Below are positions 29,289-38,645 of a stretch of 64,000 bases of DNA, in pieces. Below the pieces are notes generated by a model. The model worked only from the letters and a program-made list of their open reading frames with translations. It did no database searches and was not told the DNA's origin. The number at the start of each line of letters is the position of its first letter. Position 1 is the first letter of the stretch. The position numbers and the translations under genes are program-made. Source of the DNA: Dehalococcoidia bacterium (lineage in GTDB: Bacteria > Chloroflexota > Dehalococcoidia > UBA2979); contig CAXXDN010000002.1 of the NCBI GenBank assembly GCA_963667465.2, positions 416,001-480,000 of the forward strand, written 5' to 3'.

Positions 29289-30650
29289 ATGAAACCGATC
29301 GTCGCCCCGGCGTCTGTTGAGGCCCGCTTGCTGCGCTACCTCGCCACGATAGCGGTCTGCGTCCTGCTTGCCGCCGCCTTGCCTGCCTGCACCGGTGGAG
29401 GCGGCGATTCCACCAGCGACGAGCGAGTGATCGAGTTGGATGCGACCGTCCAGTCCCTCGAAGCGTCCGTCGAATCACTTGCCGGGGAAAACGCTGATCT
29501 GAAGCGTGAAGTCGCAACCCTCCGACAGCAACAGAGCGACCTCGTCGACGCGCAGCCCGCCGCCGGGGCGGCCGGGCAGCGTGACGGAGACGCAGCGGAC
29601 TCCGAGGCAGAACGAGACGAGCGACTCGCGGCCCTGGAACAAGGCCAGGTCCACACTGGCGAGCGGCTGGACGGTCTGGACGCCCGGATTGGGGAACTCG
29701 AGGCGGTCGCCGTCAGGATCGAGTCGGTCTTCCCTGCCGGGAAGGACTCGACCGAGAGCAAGGACGAGGAGGTGTCGCCGCCGGACGGGAGCCCCCTCGC
29801 GAGGACCGTTGGGTTGATCGAGGAGTCTGGAGGCGAGGTCTCGTACGTGGCGCACGCCGGACGGGGAGATCGCTCGGTCCTGGTGATGCCGCGTGAGTTC
29901 GTGGACGGGGAGACTCCGCTGATCGTCTCGCTGCACGGCTTCAGAGGAGATTCCGCCACCCAGAGCGCCTCCGTGCCGCTCCACGAGCGCGTGAACAGCG
30001 ACGGGTTCGCGCTCCTGCTGCCGAACGGACAACTCGGCCGCACGGGAAACCGCTTCTGGAACCCCACCGACCAGTGCTGCGAGCCCGGCAAGGCCGGCGA
30101 GGATGACGTCGCCTACCTGACCGAGCTGGTGGCGAGCGCGAGGGAGGTCAGGGACTTCGGGCCGGTCTACTTCTTCGGCTACTCCAACGGCGGGTTCATG
30201 TCGTACCACATGGCCTGCAAGGGGCTGCCCGGCCTTCGCGCCGTCGCCAGCCTGGCGGGTACGAGCTACGTCGAGGATACGAGCTGCGACGGCGCACCCC
30301 CTGTGTCCGTGTTGCACATCCATGGCACCGCGGATCGAGTGATCCTGTTCGACGGCGACGAGAGTGATCGCGGCGATGGCACGCCGGCGTTCTACGCCGG
30401 GGCTCGGGAGATGGTGACGCGCTGGAGCCGGCGGGCCGGATGCGACTGGCCCGAGCAGCCCCAGCCCCATGCCACCCTCGACCTCGACCGGTACGTGCCC
30501 GGCGCGGAGACCCAGGTGTTCCGGTTGGAATCCGGGTGCGCCGAAGGGATCACCATCGAGCTGTGGATGGGCTTGGACAGCAGCCATGCTCCCGGCTACC
30601 GCGAACCCTTCGTGGATGCGTTGCTGGGCTGGCTGCTGTCACAGCAGTGA
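29289..30650 (+). CDS. Lipoprotein: coiled coil + PHB depolymerase/LpqC-type esterase
   Basis: Lipobox LPAC, heptad region, SLHG, GYSNGG, HIHGTAD. Confidence 0.82.
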   Translation: MKPIVAPASVEARLLRYLATIAVCVLLAAALPACTGGGGDSTSDERVIELDATVQSLEASVESLAGENADLKREVATLRQQQSDLVDAQPAAGAAGQRDGDAADSEAERDERLAALEQGQVHTGERLDGLDARIGELEAVAVRIESVFPAGKDSTESKDEEVSPPDGSPLARTVGLIEESGGEVSYVAHAGRGDRSVLVMPREFVDGETPLIVSLHGFRGDSATQSASVPLHERVNSDGFALLLPNGQLGRTGNRFWNPTDQCCEPGKAGEDDVAYLTELVASAREVRDFGPVYFFGYSNGGFMSYHMACKGLPGLRAVASLAGTSYVEDTSCDGAPPVSVLHIHGTADRVILFDGDESDRGDGTPAFYAGAREMVTRWSRRAGCDWPEQPQPHATLDLDRYVPGAETQVFRLESGCAEGITIELWMGLDSSHAPGYREPFVDALLGWLLSQQ

Positions 30651-30699
30651 TTGAGGACGTGATGAGGATTCCGCCGCGGGATCGCCAGGACACCCCGTC

Positions 30700-30830
30700 T
30701 GGCTGGCGCGGGACGCGAACAGGTCCGCAACCTCGATTGCGGCGCTGTGGCCACTGGAGAGGGCGCCGTTGACCGACGGCACGCCCATGTAGTCGCCTGC
30801 CAGGAACAGATTGTCGATGCGCCTGCAAGC
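30700..30830 (-). pseudogene. C-terminal scrap of an FAD oxidoreductase (HemY/amine oxidase-like)
   Basis: IDNLFLAGDYMGVPSVNGALSSGHSAA without the N-terminal GxGxxG domain. Confidence 0.55.
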
Positions 30831-31425
30831 TGCCCGGGGGTGGTCGCCCCCGTGGCGAGCATGCCGGGCCATGCACAACGCCTCTTCCCGGCGGTACACG
30901 TGATAGAACAAACCCTCGTCGTCGCCGGGAAGCGCGGAGCCGGCTGAGCCGCTCCTGCTCGTTGCTCAGCGCTCACTGCGTCTTCACTGTCGCCATCTTC
31001 CCGCGCGCGTAGCACCGCCCTGTTTACTGTCCTGCGACCGCAGAGCGGACGTCTTCTGGCTCCAGGGTCGGAGGTGGGCAGCCGGCTTGACCATCCCCTG
31101 CAGGAGATGTCGCGCGTGAAGCCCCCTTGAGCCATCCCCGCTTCGCTCGGCGGGGAATCCTCCCGGGATGATGGCTATGGCTGGCCCCAAGTCAACGTCG
31201 CTCATGAAGTGATCCAGTCATCGCTCAGCGCCCAGCTGGCATCCGGGACTGTGGCTGGTTGCTGCGGCGAGCGCGGCGGCTGGCTCGTCGCCGTGGGGGC
31301 GATGGCAGGGCGGATTTGGCGTGCGAGGACTGGGGCGCTGTGGCGTAAGCCCGCAGCCCAGAGAGAGCCGGTATCCTTCCAGCAGTCCATTCGGCAGGCG
31401 TCCAGACAACCTGGGAGGTGGTCCC

Positions 31426-33153
31426 GTGGATATCCGGCTCAGGCTGCCGTTCGCCCTCGTCCTGCTCGTCCTCCTTGCCCTGCTCGCCGCCTGTGAGGAC
31501 GCGCGCGAGGAGACACCGGCGGAGCCCGAACGCGTGCTTACGTTGCGCTACTGGCAGGCGCCGTCGACCCCGAACGCCTACCTCTCCGCTGGCGGGAAGG
31601 ACATCGACGCGGCGGCCGTCACGCTCGAACCGCTCGCGAGCTACGATCCCGATGGCCAGCTTGTGCCGAGGCTCGCCGCAAGCATCCCGACTGTTGGAAG
31701 CGGTGGCGTGGCCGCGGACCTCGCCTCGATCACCTGGACGCTGCGCGAGGGTCTGACGTGGTCCGACGGCAGCGACGTGAGCGCCGGCGATGTCGTCTTC
31801 ACGTGGCGGTACTGCACTGACGAGGCGACGGGCTGCACCGGAAGCGACGCCTTCAACGGCATCGCCTCGGTCGAGGCCATCGATGCGCTGACCGTGCGCA
31901 TCACGTTCGAGACCCCCACGCCCTATCCGTACACGGCGTTCGTGGGAGCCGGCAGCCCGGTGATCAGCCGCGCGCAGTTCGGCGACTGCATCGGCGCGGC
32001 CGCCGCCGCATGCGGCTCGCAGAACCTCGCGCCGCTCGGCACCGGGCCGTACCGCCTCGTCTCCTTCCGGTCCGATCAGGGCGCCACCTACGAGCGCAAC
32101 CCGCACTACCGCGGCGACCGGCCCTACTTCGACCGCGTCGAGATCGTCGGCGGCGGGACCGCCGAGGAGGCGGCGAGCGCAGCGCTCGAGACGGGCGAGG
32201 CGGACTTCGGCTGGAACCTGCAGATCGCGCCCGAGACGCTCGCCGCCCTCGCTGGTGGGGGACTCGGCAGCATCGTCTCGGCGTTCGCGGGGGACACCGA
32301 GCGCATCGTGATCAACCACACGAATCCGGACCCGGCGCTCGGTGAGGACCGCTCCGAGTATCTCGACGGCGCCAACCCGCACCCCTTCCTGACCTTCGAC
32401 CCGATCACGCAGGCGATGTCGATGGCCATCGACCGCGCCCGCATCGCGGATGAGCTCTACGGCTTCGCCGCGGCGCCGACGTGCAACTTGGTGCCGGGGC
32501 CGGAGCGCTACGTCTCCTCAGCGAACGACGGGTGCCTGGCGCAGGACGTAGAGGGCGCGCAGGCGCTGCTCGACGAGCACGGGGTGATCGACACGGATGG
32601 CGACGGCGTTCGCGAGTACGAGGGCGTTGCGCTGCGCGTTACGTACCAGACCTCCACGAACGCGGTCCGCCAGGCCACGCAGGCGCTGGTGCGGGACTGG
32701 TGGGCAGAAATCGGCATCAAGGCGACGCTTGTGGACCACGACGCGAGCGTGTTCTTCGGCGGCGACCCCATCGCCGACGCGTCGTCGACCTACAGGCGCT
32801 TCTTCGCCGACGTACAGATGTACACGAGCGGGCCCGGCGTCGATCCGCAGGAGTACCTCTCGACCCAGCGCTGCGGCCACATCGCGGCGCGCGGCAACCA
32901 CTGGTCCGACGGTAACGTCCCGCGCTGGTGCAACGCGGAGTACGACCGCCTCTACGAGGAACTCGGGCGCACGATCGACGGTGACGACCGTGCTGCGCTC
33001 ATCAAGCGGCTCAACGATCTACTCGTGCAGGGCTACGCCGAGATCCCGCTCGTGCACCGCGGGTTCGTGTCGGCCTACCGCGACACGCTGCTGGGCGTGC
33101 GCCCGAACGCCTGGGACAGCGACCTGTGGAACATCGCCGAGTGGCGCCGTTAG
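31426..33153 (+). CDS. Peptide ABC transporter substrate-binding lipoprotein (family 5)
   Basis: Lipobox LAAC, LREGLTWSDG, DVVFTW, GTGPY, WNIAEW; GGAGG RBS. Confidence 0.92.
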   Translation: MDIRLRLPFALVLLVLLALLAACEDAREETPAEPERVLTLRYWQAPSTPNAYLSAGGKDIDAAAVTLEPLASYDPDGQLVPRLAASIPTVGSGGVAADLASITWTLREGLTWSDGSDVSAGDVVFTWRYCTDEATGCTGSDAFNGIASVEAIDALTVRITFETPTPYPYTAFVGAGSPVISRAQFGDCIGAAAAACGSQNLAPLGTGPYRLVSFRSDQGATYERNPHYRGDRPYFDRVEIVGGGTAEEAASAALETGEADFGWNLQIAPETLAALAGGGLGSIVSAFAGDTERIVINHTNPDPALGEDRSEYLDGANPHPFLTFDPITQAMSMAIDRARIADELYGFAAAPTCNLVPGPERYVSSANDGCLAQDVEGAQALLDEHGVIDTDGDGVREYEGVALRVTYQTSTNAVRQATQALVRDWWAEIGIKATLVDHDASVFFGGDPIADASSTYRRFFADVQMYTSGPGVDPQEYLSTQRCGHIAARGNHWSDGNVPRWCNAEYDRLYEELGRTIDGDDRAALIKRLNDLLVQGYAEIPLVHRGFVSAYRDTLLGVRPNAWDSDLWNIAEWRR

Positions 33154-33236
33154 GTTGTCCTGCCCCCCCCGGCAGCCAGCCACTTCGGGACTCGGTGAGG
33201 CCTGCCGCCACCTCCGAAGAGGAGGACCGGGCTACG

Positions 33237-33270
33237 CTGCTCGCTCCTGCTCGTTCCTGCTCGTTCCTGT
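33237..33270. repeat. Short tandem repeat (CTGCTCGYTC x3)
   Basis: ctgctcgctc ctgctcgttc ctgctcgttc ctg in an intergenic region. Confidence 0.6.
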
Positions 33271-33313
33271 GAGCGCCCTGGCGGACCGCTCGGGCGTGCC
33301 CTGCGGTGGTTGG

Positions 33314-33922
33314 TCAGTAGAGCCGCTCGCGGTTGGCCTCGTCCTCGGAGGCGTCGATCGCGGCGGCGTTCGCGCCGCGGATCTGGTCGGCGAGGACCTG
33401 TCCGTAGGTGGGGAAGCAGGAGCGGTCGATCTGCGTCTCGGTGTCCCAGAGCCGCGAGCGGATCAGGGAGCGGCCGCAGTGCAGGAACGCCTCCTCGACG
33501 GTGATGCGCAGGCCGGAGGGTGGCGCCTTGCGGCCGACGGAGAGTGGCGCGAGGAGCGCCGCGTCGGTGACGATCTCGGCCCTGCCGCTGACACGCAGGG
33601 TCTCGTTCATGCCCGGCGCGAGGAAGAGCAGCCCCACCTGCGGGTGGGCGAGCACGTTCTGGAGCGAGTCGAGCTGGTTGTTGCCGGGGCGGTCGGGGAT
33701 GAGCAGGGTGTGCTCATCGAGCACCGCCACGAAGCCGGGCGGGTCGCCCCTGGGCGAGGTGTCCTGGCGTCCGTCGGCGCCGCGGGAGCTGATCACGCAG
33801 AAGGGCGAGAGCGCGATGAAATCGCGGGCGTGCCGGTCGATGTGGTCCAGCACCTTCTGTTGTGCCCGCGGTGCCGGCTCCCGGTAGGTCTCGCGCAGCT
33901 CGGTCTGGCTAGCGATGCCCAT
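33314..33922 (-). CDS. Pyridoxamine 5'-phosphate oxidase-related FMN-binding protein
   Basis: DTSPRGDPPGFV, IPDRPGNN, ETLRVSG, FLHCGRS. Confidence 0.88.
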   Translation of the reverse strand: MGIASQTELRETYREPAPRAQQKVLDHIDRHARDFIALSPFCVISSRGADGRQDTSPRGDPPGFVAVLDEHTLLIPDRPGNNQLDSLQNVLAHPQVGLLFLAPGMNETLRVSGRAEIVTDAALLAPLSVGRKAPPSGLRITVEEAFLHCGRSLIRSRLWDTETQIDRSCFPTYGQVLADQIRGANAAAIDASEDEANRERLY

Positions 33923-34062
33923 GCGCGCACCTCCCCGGTGGCTCATTGGGGAGTATGGCACACGCCGCAGGCGGACCGCGCCAGCGGATCGTGGGAGCCC
34001 TCGTTTCGCGGGCCGGGCGGCCGGCCCGCCGGCAGCGGCGCAGCGCGCCGGGCCGGGCCGGT

Positions 34063-34800
34063 TTACCCGGGGTCCTGCGGTTCGCGCGAGCGCGCAAGCT
34101 CGGCGCGCAACTCGCGCACCTCGTCGCGGAGCGAGGCGAGGGCGGCGGCTGCGGGGTCCTCGCGTCGCGCCAGCATCGAGGCGAAGTTGGCGGTGAGCGC
34201 GCCGAAGAGCCCGATGCCGCCGAGCATCAGCACGTAGGCGAAGGCGCGTCCGGGCGCCGTGACTGGCACGATATCGCCGTAGCCGACCGTCGTAACGGTG
34301 GCGATCGACCACCAGAGGGCGTCGGGGAAGGAGTCGACGGGCGAGTCGTGGCCGCGTTCGAGCGAGGTCACGATAGTCGCGATCAGGAGCACGAGTCCGA
34401 CGGCGTAGGCGCCGAGGAAGTCGACGTGGGCGAACCGCACCGGGCGGCGGTAGGCGCGCGAGCCGTAACGGGTGATCCAGAGTATCCTCAGCGGGCGGGC
34501 GACCGGGAGCAGCACGGCGAGGGCGTCGAGCCAGTGCTGCCGGAGGTAGCGCCCGCGCCGGGGAGCGATGGCCAGCCTGACAAGCAGTTCAGCGGCGAAG
34601 CCGGCCCAGATGGTGAGACTGCAGGCGAGCGCGAGCGTCTGCGAGGCGGGCCGCAGCTCCCAGAGCAGGGGCGCCGCGAGGAGCGGGATCAGCGCGAACG
34701 AGAGGATCATCAGCGGCAGTTCCGTGCCGCGCTCGATCCTGTCCAGCAGGGCCTCGCGGCGGGCGCTGCGTCCCGGCTCGGGTTCGCTGGGTCGGTGCAT
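34063..34800 (-). CDS. Potassium channel (Kv-like)
   Basis: WWSIATVTTVGYGD selectivity filter; Arg-rich S4-like segment. Confidence 0.92.
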   Translation of the reverse strand: MHRPSEPEPGRSARREALLDRIERGTELPLMILSFALIPLLAAPLLWELRPASQTLALACSLTIWAGFAAELLVRLAIAPRRGRYLRQHWLDALAVLLPVARPLRILWITRYGSRAYRRPVRFAHVDFLGAYAVGLVLLIATIVTSLERGHDSPVDSFPDALWWSIATVTTVGYGDIVPVTAPGRAFAYVLMLGGIGLFGALTANFASMLARREDPAAAALASLRDEVRELRAELARSREPQDPG

Positions 34801-34877
34801 GGGGCATCTCCTTCCCGGTGGGTTCGTTCAGCCTATCGGACCGCAATCGTGGCGGATGAGCAGAGAGGTCCGGGGCG

Positions 34878-37319
34878 ATGCCGAGAGTGCTTGATGGACT
34901 GAGTTGGCTGGTCACGGTGCGGCCGCTCGCGACGCTGCTCGCGCTGCTGCTGATTACGATCGCCCTTGGCGCGGGCATCACGCGACTGGCGCCGCAGGCC
35001 GACAACACCGTCTTCCTGCCGGAGGACAGCGACGTCACGCTCGCCTCGGAGACGATCGACGCGCTCTTCGGGCGCTCGCAGGAGACGGTCTCCGCGACGC
35101 TGCTCTTCCGCGGCGAGGCGCTCACGCCGGCAGGTCTCGCGCAGATCGACGAGGTCGTGACGTCCGCCGCGTCCGACCCGCGCGTGCAGGCGCTGCTCGC
35201 GCCGCAAGGCGCGGTCGTCTCGCCCACCTTGCTGTTCGCGCAGGCGCTGGGCACGGACGACTTCGCGGCGCTCGGGCAGGCGCAGATCGACGGTGCCGCG
35301 GCGCAGCTGCCGCTCGGGCGGCTGGTCGGCACGGACACCGACGGGACGACTGTGACGATCGCCGCGATCCGGCTGCGCGCGGACGGCGACGGCGACGGCG
35401 ACACGGCCGACGACGAGGCCGGGCTCGCAGAGGCCGAGCTCGCGATCCGCGACATCGCCCGGGACAGCGCGGGTCCGCTCACGGGCAGCAGCCTCTCCGC
35501 GGCCACCACGGCCGAAGAGACCGAGCGCGCCACGGGCACGGAGATGGCCGTGATCATGGTCATCGCGCTGGCGGTGATCGGCGCGTTGCTGCTGCTCTTC
35601 ACGCGCTCGCCGATCGACCTGCTGCTCTCGGTGCTGGGGCTCGTGCTCACGATCGTCTGGGTGCTCGGCGCCCAGGGCTGGCTCGGCCCGGAGGGGGCCG
35701 GCCTGATTGGCGCGCCCAACACGCTGACGACGATGGTGCCGGTGATGCTGATCGGGCTCGTCGTCGACTACGCGATCCAGACCGTCGGGCTCTACCGCGA
35801 GCGGCGCGGCGAGGGCCACGGCGCGCGCGCGGCGGCGCGGCTCGGGCTGCGTTCGGTGATCATCCCGCTCTCGCTCGCCGCCGTGACCACGGTCGTCTCC
35901 TTCCTCACCAACCTCAGTTCGCCGATCCCGGCCAACGGCGACTTCGGGGTCGTCGCGGGCGTGGGCGTCATCGCCGGGCTGGTCGTGATGCTGGCGCTGC
36001 TCGCCTCGGCGCGCGCGCTGATCGACGGCCGCCGCGAGTCGCGCGGCGTGCTGCCGGAGGCGAAGCCGGTCTCCGGCGCCATCCCCGGAGTGGGCCGCGC
36101 CGTCGAAGCGCTTGGAGGGCAGCTCGCGCGCCGGCCCGCGCCCTTCCTGGTGGTGGTCGGCATCGTCACGGTGCTGCTGGGCATCGCCTCCACGAATCTC
36201 GATACCGTCTTCGACTCTCGCGACTTCCTGCCGAGGGGGGGCGACGCGGTCCGCGACGTGGAGACGCTCGACGCCGCCTTCGGTGGCTCGACCGACGTGG
36301 TCCAGGTGCTGATCGAGGCGGAGGCGACCGCCGGCCGCACGGTCCGCAACATCCTCGACTTCAGCGTCGCCTTCGACGATGACCTGCGCCGCCCCGAGGG
36401 GGTGGTCGGGGGCATCCAGTCCTCGCTCGGGACGTTGCTGCTCGACTGGATCACGGACGGCGGCCCGGACGACCCCGCCTACGACGCCGAGCTCGTGGCG
36501 ATGACCGAAGCGGCGGACCAGTTCCGGCTTGACGCGCAGCAGGTGCAGGCGATCTACGAGCGTCTGGCGGGGCTCGACCCGGAGCGCTTCGCCCGGGTGG
36601 CGGTCGTCGACCCGGCGGGGGCCGACACGCTGCTCGTGCGCTTCGACGCGCTCACGCGCGACCAGGAGCGTGCGGGGCGCATGGTCGCCGACATCGAGGG
36701 GTTGTGGTTCGGGAGCGACGAGGAGATCACGGCCACCTCGAGCGAGATCATCGGGCTCGAGGTAGTGGACGCGATGACCTCCAGCCAGACGGCGGCGATC
36801 GCCACGACGGTGCTCGCCGCCTTCGCGATCCTCACGCTCTTCTTCTGGATCACCGACGGGCGCCCGGAGCTGGGCTTCATCGCGGTCGCGCCGATCGTGA
36901 TGGTGCTCTTCTGCGTGCTCGGGACGATGGCGCTCGCGGGCATCCCCTACAACGTGATCACGGCGCTGATCACGGCGCTCTCGATCGGCATCGGTGTGGA
37001 CTACACGATCCACATCATCCACCGCTACGAGGAGGAGTTTGAGCACTCGCATGACCCCGAGCAGGCGGCGCGCCGCACGCTCGGCACGACCGGCTCGGCG
37101 CTGCTCGGATCGGCGCTGACGACGGCGCTGGGCTTCGGAGTGCTGGTGTTCTCCTCGCTCACGCCCTTCCAGCAGTTCGGGATCGTGACCGCGATCACGA
37201 TCGCCTACGCGCTGATCGCGGCGATCGTGGTGGTGCCGCCGGCGATGATCCTCTGGGGCGCCTACCAGCACTACCGCCTGCGCAGCGCCGCCGAGCGCGC
37301 CGCCCAGCTCGACGCGTAG
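34878..37319 (+). CDS. MMPL/RND family transporter
   Basis: Two TM clusters with GLVVDYAIQ and GIGVDYTIH, large extracellular loops. Confidence 0.9.
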   Translation: MPRVLDGLSWLVTVRPLATLLALLLITIALGAGITRLAPQADNTVFLPEDSDVTLASETIDALFGRSQETVSATLLFRGEALTPAGLAQIDEVVTSAASDPRVQALLAPQGAVVSPTLLFAQALGTDDFAALGQAQIDGAAAQLPLGRLVGTDTDGTTVTIAAIRLRADGDGDGDTADDEAGLAEAELAIRDIARDSAGPLTGSSLSAATTAEETERATGTEMAVIMVIALAVIGALLLLFTRSPIDLLLSVLGLVLTIVWVLGAQGWLGPEGAGLIGAPNTLTTMVPVMLIGLVVDYAIQTVGLYRERRGEGHGARAAARLGLRSVIIPLSLAAVTTVVSFLTNLSSPIPANGDFGVVAGVGVIAGLVVMLALLASARALIDGRRESRGVLPEAKPVSGAIPGVGRAVEALGGQLARRPAPFLVVVGIVTVLLGIASTNLDTVFDSRDFLPRGGDAVRDVETLDAAFGGSTDVVQVLIEAEATAGRTVRNILDFSVAFDDDLRRPEGVVGGIQSSLGTLLLDWITDGGPDDPAYDAELVAMTEAADQFRLDAQQVQAIYERLAGLDPERFARVAVVDPAGADTLLVRFDALTRDQERAGRMVADIEGLWFGSDEEITATSSEIIGLEVVDAMTSSQTAAIATTVLAAFAILTLFFWITDGRPELGFIAVAPIVMVLFCVLGTMALAGIPYNVITALITALSIGIGVDYTIHIIHRYEEEFEHSHDPEQAARRTLGTTGSALLGSALTTALGFGVLVFSSLTPFQQFGIVTAITIAYALIAAIVVVPPAMILWGAYQHYRLRSAAERAAQLDA

Positions 37320-37563
37320 CGGGCCGGCTGCGATGACACCTCAGGGATGACGCGCCACGTGCGCGCCGGGGGGCACACCGCCAGCAATGGCGGTGCCCCC
37401 GTCCTTCCGGCTACCCGGCCGCTCCCGCGAGCGAACCCTGCTGCTCGCGCTCCAGCGCCCAGGGGAGCAACCCCGCCGAGGCGGAGTTGCTGCGAGAGGC
37501 TGAGGCCGTGTTCCGCAACGCCGTGCGGGGCCTCCCTCCGGAGGACAGCGCCTCGAACCGCAA

Positions 37564-38178
37564 CTACATCCGCTTCGTTCGCTCGGAGCGGCGCAAGCGC
37601 GGGCGTGCCCCGTCGTGAGCCACAGGGCGAGCCTCGTCGACGGTAGCGCTCCCCTCGATGACGCTGCTCCGCCTGAGCGGCGTCGATTCCCCTGTACCGC
37701 CCCCGTCACCGCCGCAAAGCGAGGCCGCCGCCGCGACCAGGGCAGCGGCGACGATCGCCGCCCGCCAGCGGTTGCGCCGATCCAGCAGGAAGCTCGCGAC
37801 CGCGGCCGCCGCGCCGATCGCGAGCGGAACCACCCATCCGCCGTACCACACGCCGATCACCAGGCAGCCGCCGGCCACGAGCACGAGAGAGTCGGCCACG
37901 ACCAGCCGGCGGTCGCCCACCCGCCGTCCCGGCCAGACGAACCTCCCCACCGCCAGGCCGACCAGGATCACAAGGCCCGCGGGCATCCAGGACAGGGCGA
38001 TGCCCGCGAAGACGCCGGCTCGCCACCAGCTCGGAGCCGCCGCCAGTCCGAGCAGCGCGGCGCCGATCCCGGCGGCTATCAGGGGCGGGACGAGGTACCA
38101 CGCCAGACCGAACGGACTGCCCGCGACGACGGCGCATGCGCCGCCCAGCATCAGCAGGTCCGCCAGCCACACGCGCAT
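37564..38178 (-). CDS. Hypothetical membrane protein
   Basis: Several hydrophobic helices in two similar halves starting MRVWLADLL. Confidence 0.5.
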   Translation of the reverse strand: MRVWLADLLMLGGACAVVAGSPFGLAWYLVPPLIAAGIGAALLGLAAAPSWWRAGVFAGIALSWMPAGLVILVGLAVGRFVWPGRRVGDRRLVVADSLVLVAGGCLVIGVWYGGWVVPLAIGAAAAVASFLLDRRNRWRAAIVAAALVAAAASLCGGDGGGTGESTPLRRSSVIEGSATVDEARPVAHDGARPRLRRSERTKRM

Positions 38179-38299
38179 TCCTTGCCGTCCGTCGCTTCTC
38201 GCGGGCAGGTCATCGCGCCCGCCCCGATGCAGTGGACACCTTCCGCGTCGTGATCGCCACCGCGTTGGGAGGCAGCGCACACCGAGTCGATCGGCGGCT

Positions 38300-38520
38300 A
38301 CATCCGCTTCGTCAGGGCCGGCCTGCTGCTCGCTCGACGCCGCCATGAGCGACAGCAGGCAGTGCAGCAGCCCGTGCCCCACGGCGAACGCGAACAGCCG
38401 GTAGCGGTGGCCGGGGCCGGGCTTCGAGCCGTTGCGCCAGCGTCGCAGCGTGTGCACCTCGACGCGCGACTCCCGCGCCAGCGCGCGCCGGCTCAGGCCT
38501 GCTGGTCCCTGCGCGGCGGC
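38300..38520 (-). pseudogene. XRE-type HTH remnant
   Basis: GLSRRALARESRVEVHTLRRWRNGSKP resembles an HTH; no clear start. Confidence 0.45.
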
Positions 38521-38645
38521 GAGGCTCCAGCGGCGCAGCAGCACGAAGGCCGAAGCAACCACGCTCGGTGTAGATTGATGGAAGCACAGAGAAGCACAGA
38601 GTCGGCGGGCCGCATGCGAGCAATGCCCTGACGCACCTGCGAACG

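Noticed and set aside
30912-31420. Riboswitch or ncRNA upstream of the peptide-binding protein
   Set aside because: No conserved riboswitch motif recognised by eye; an Rfam/Infernal scan would be needed
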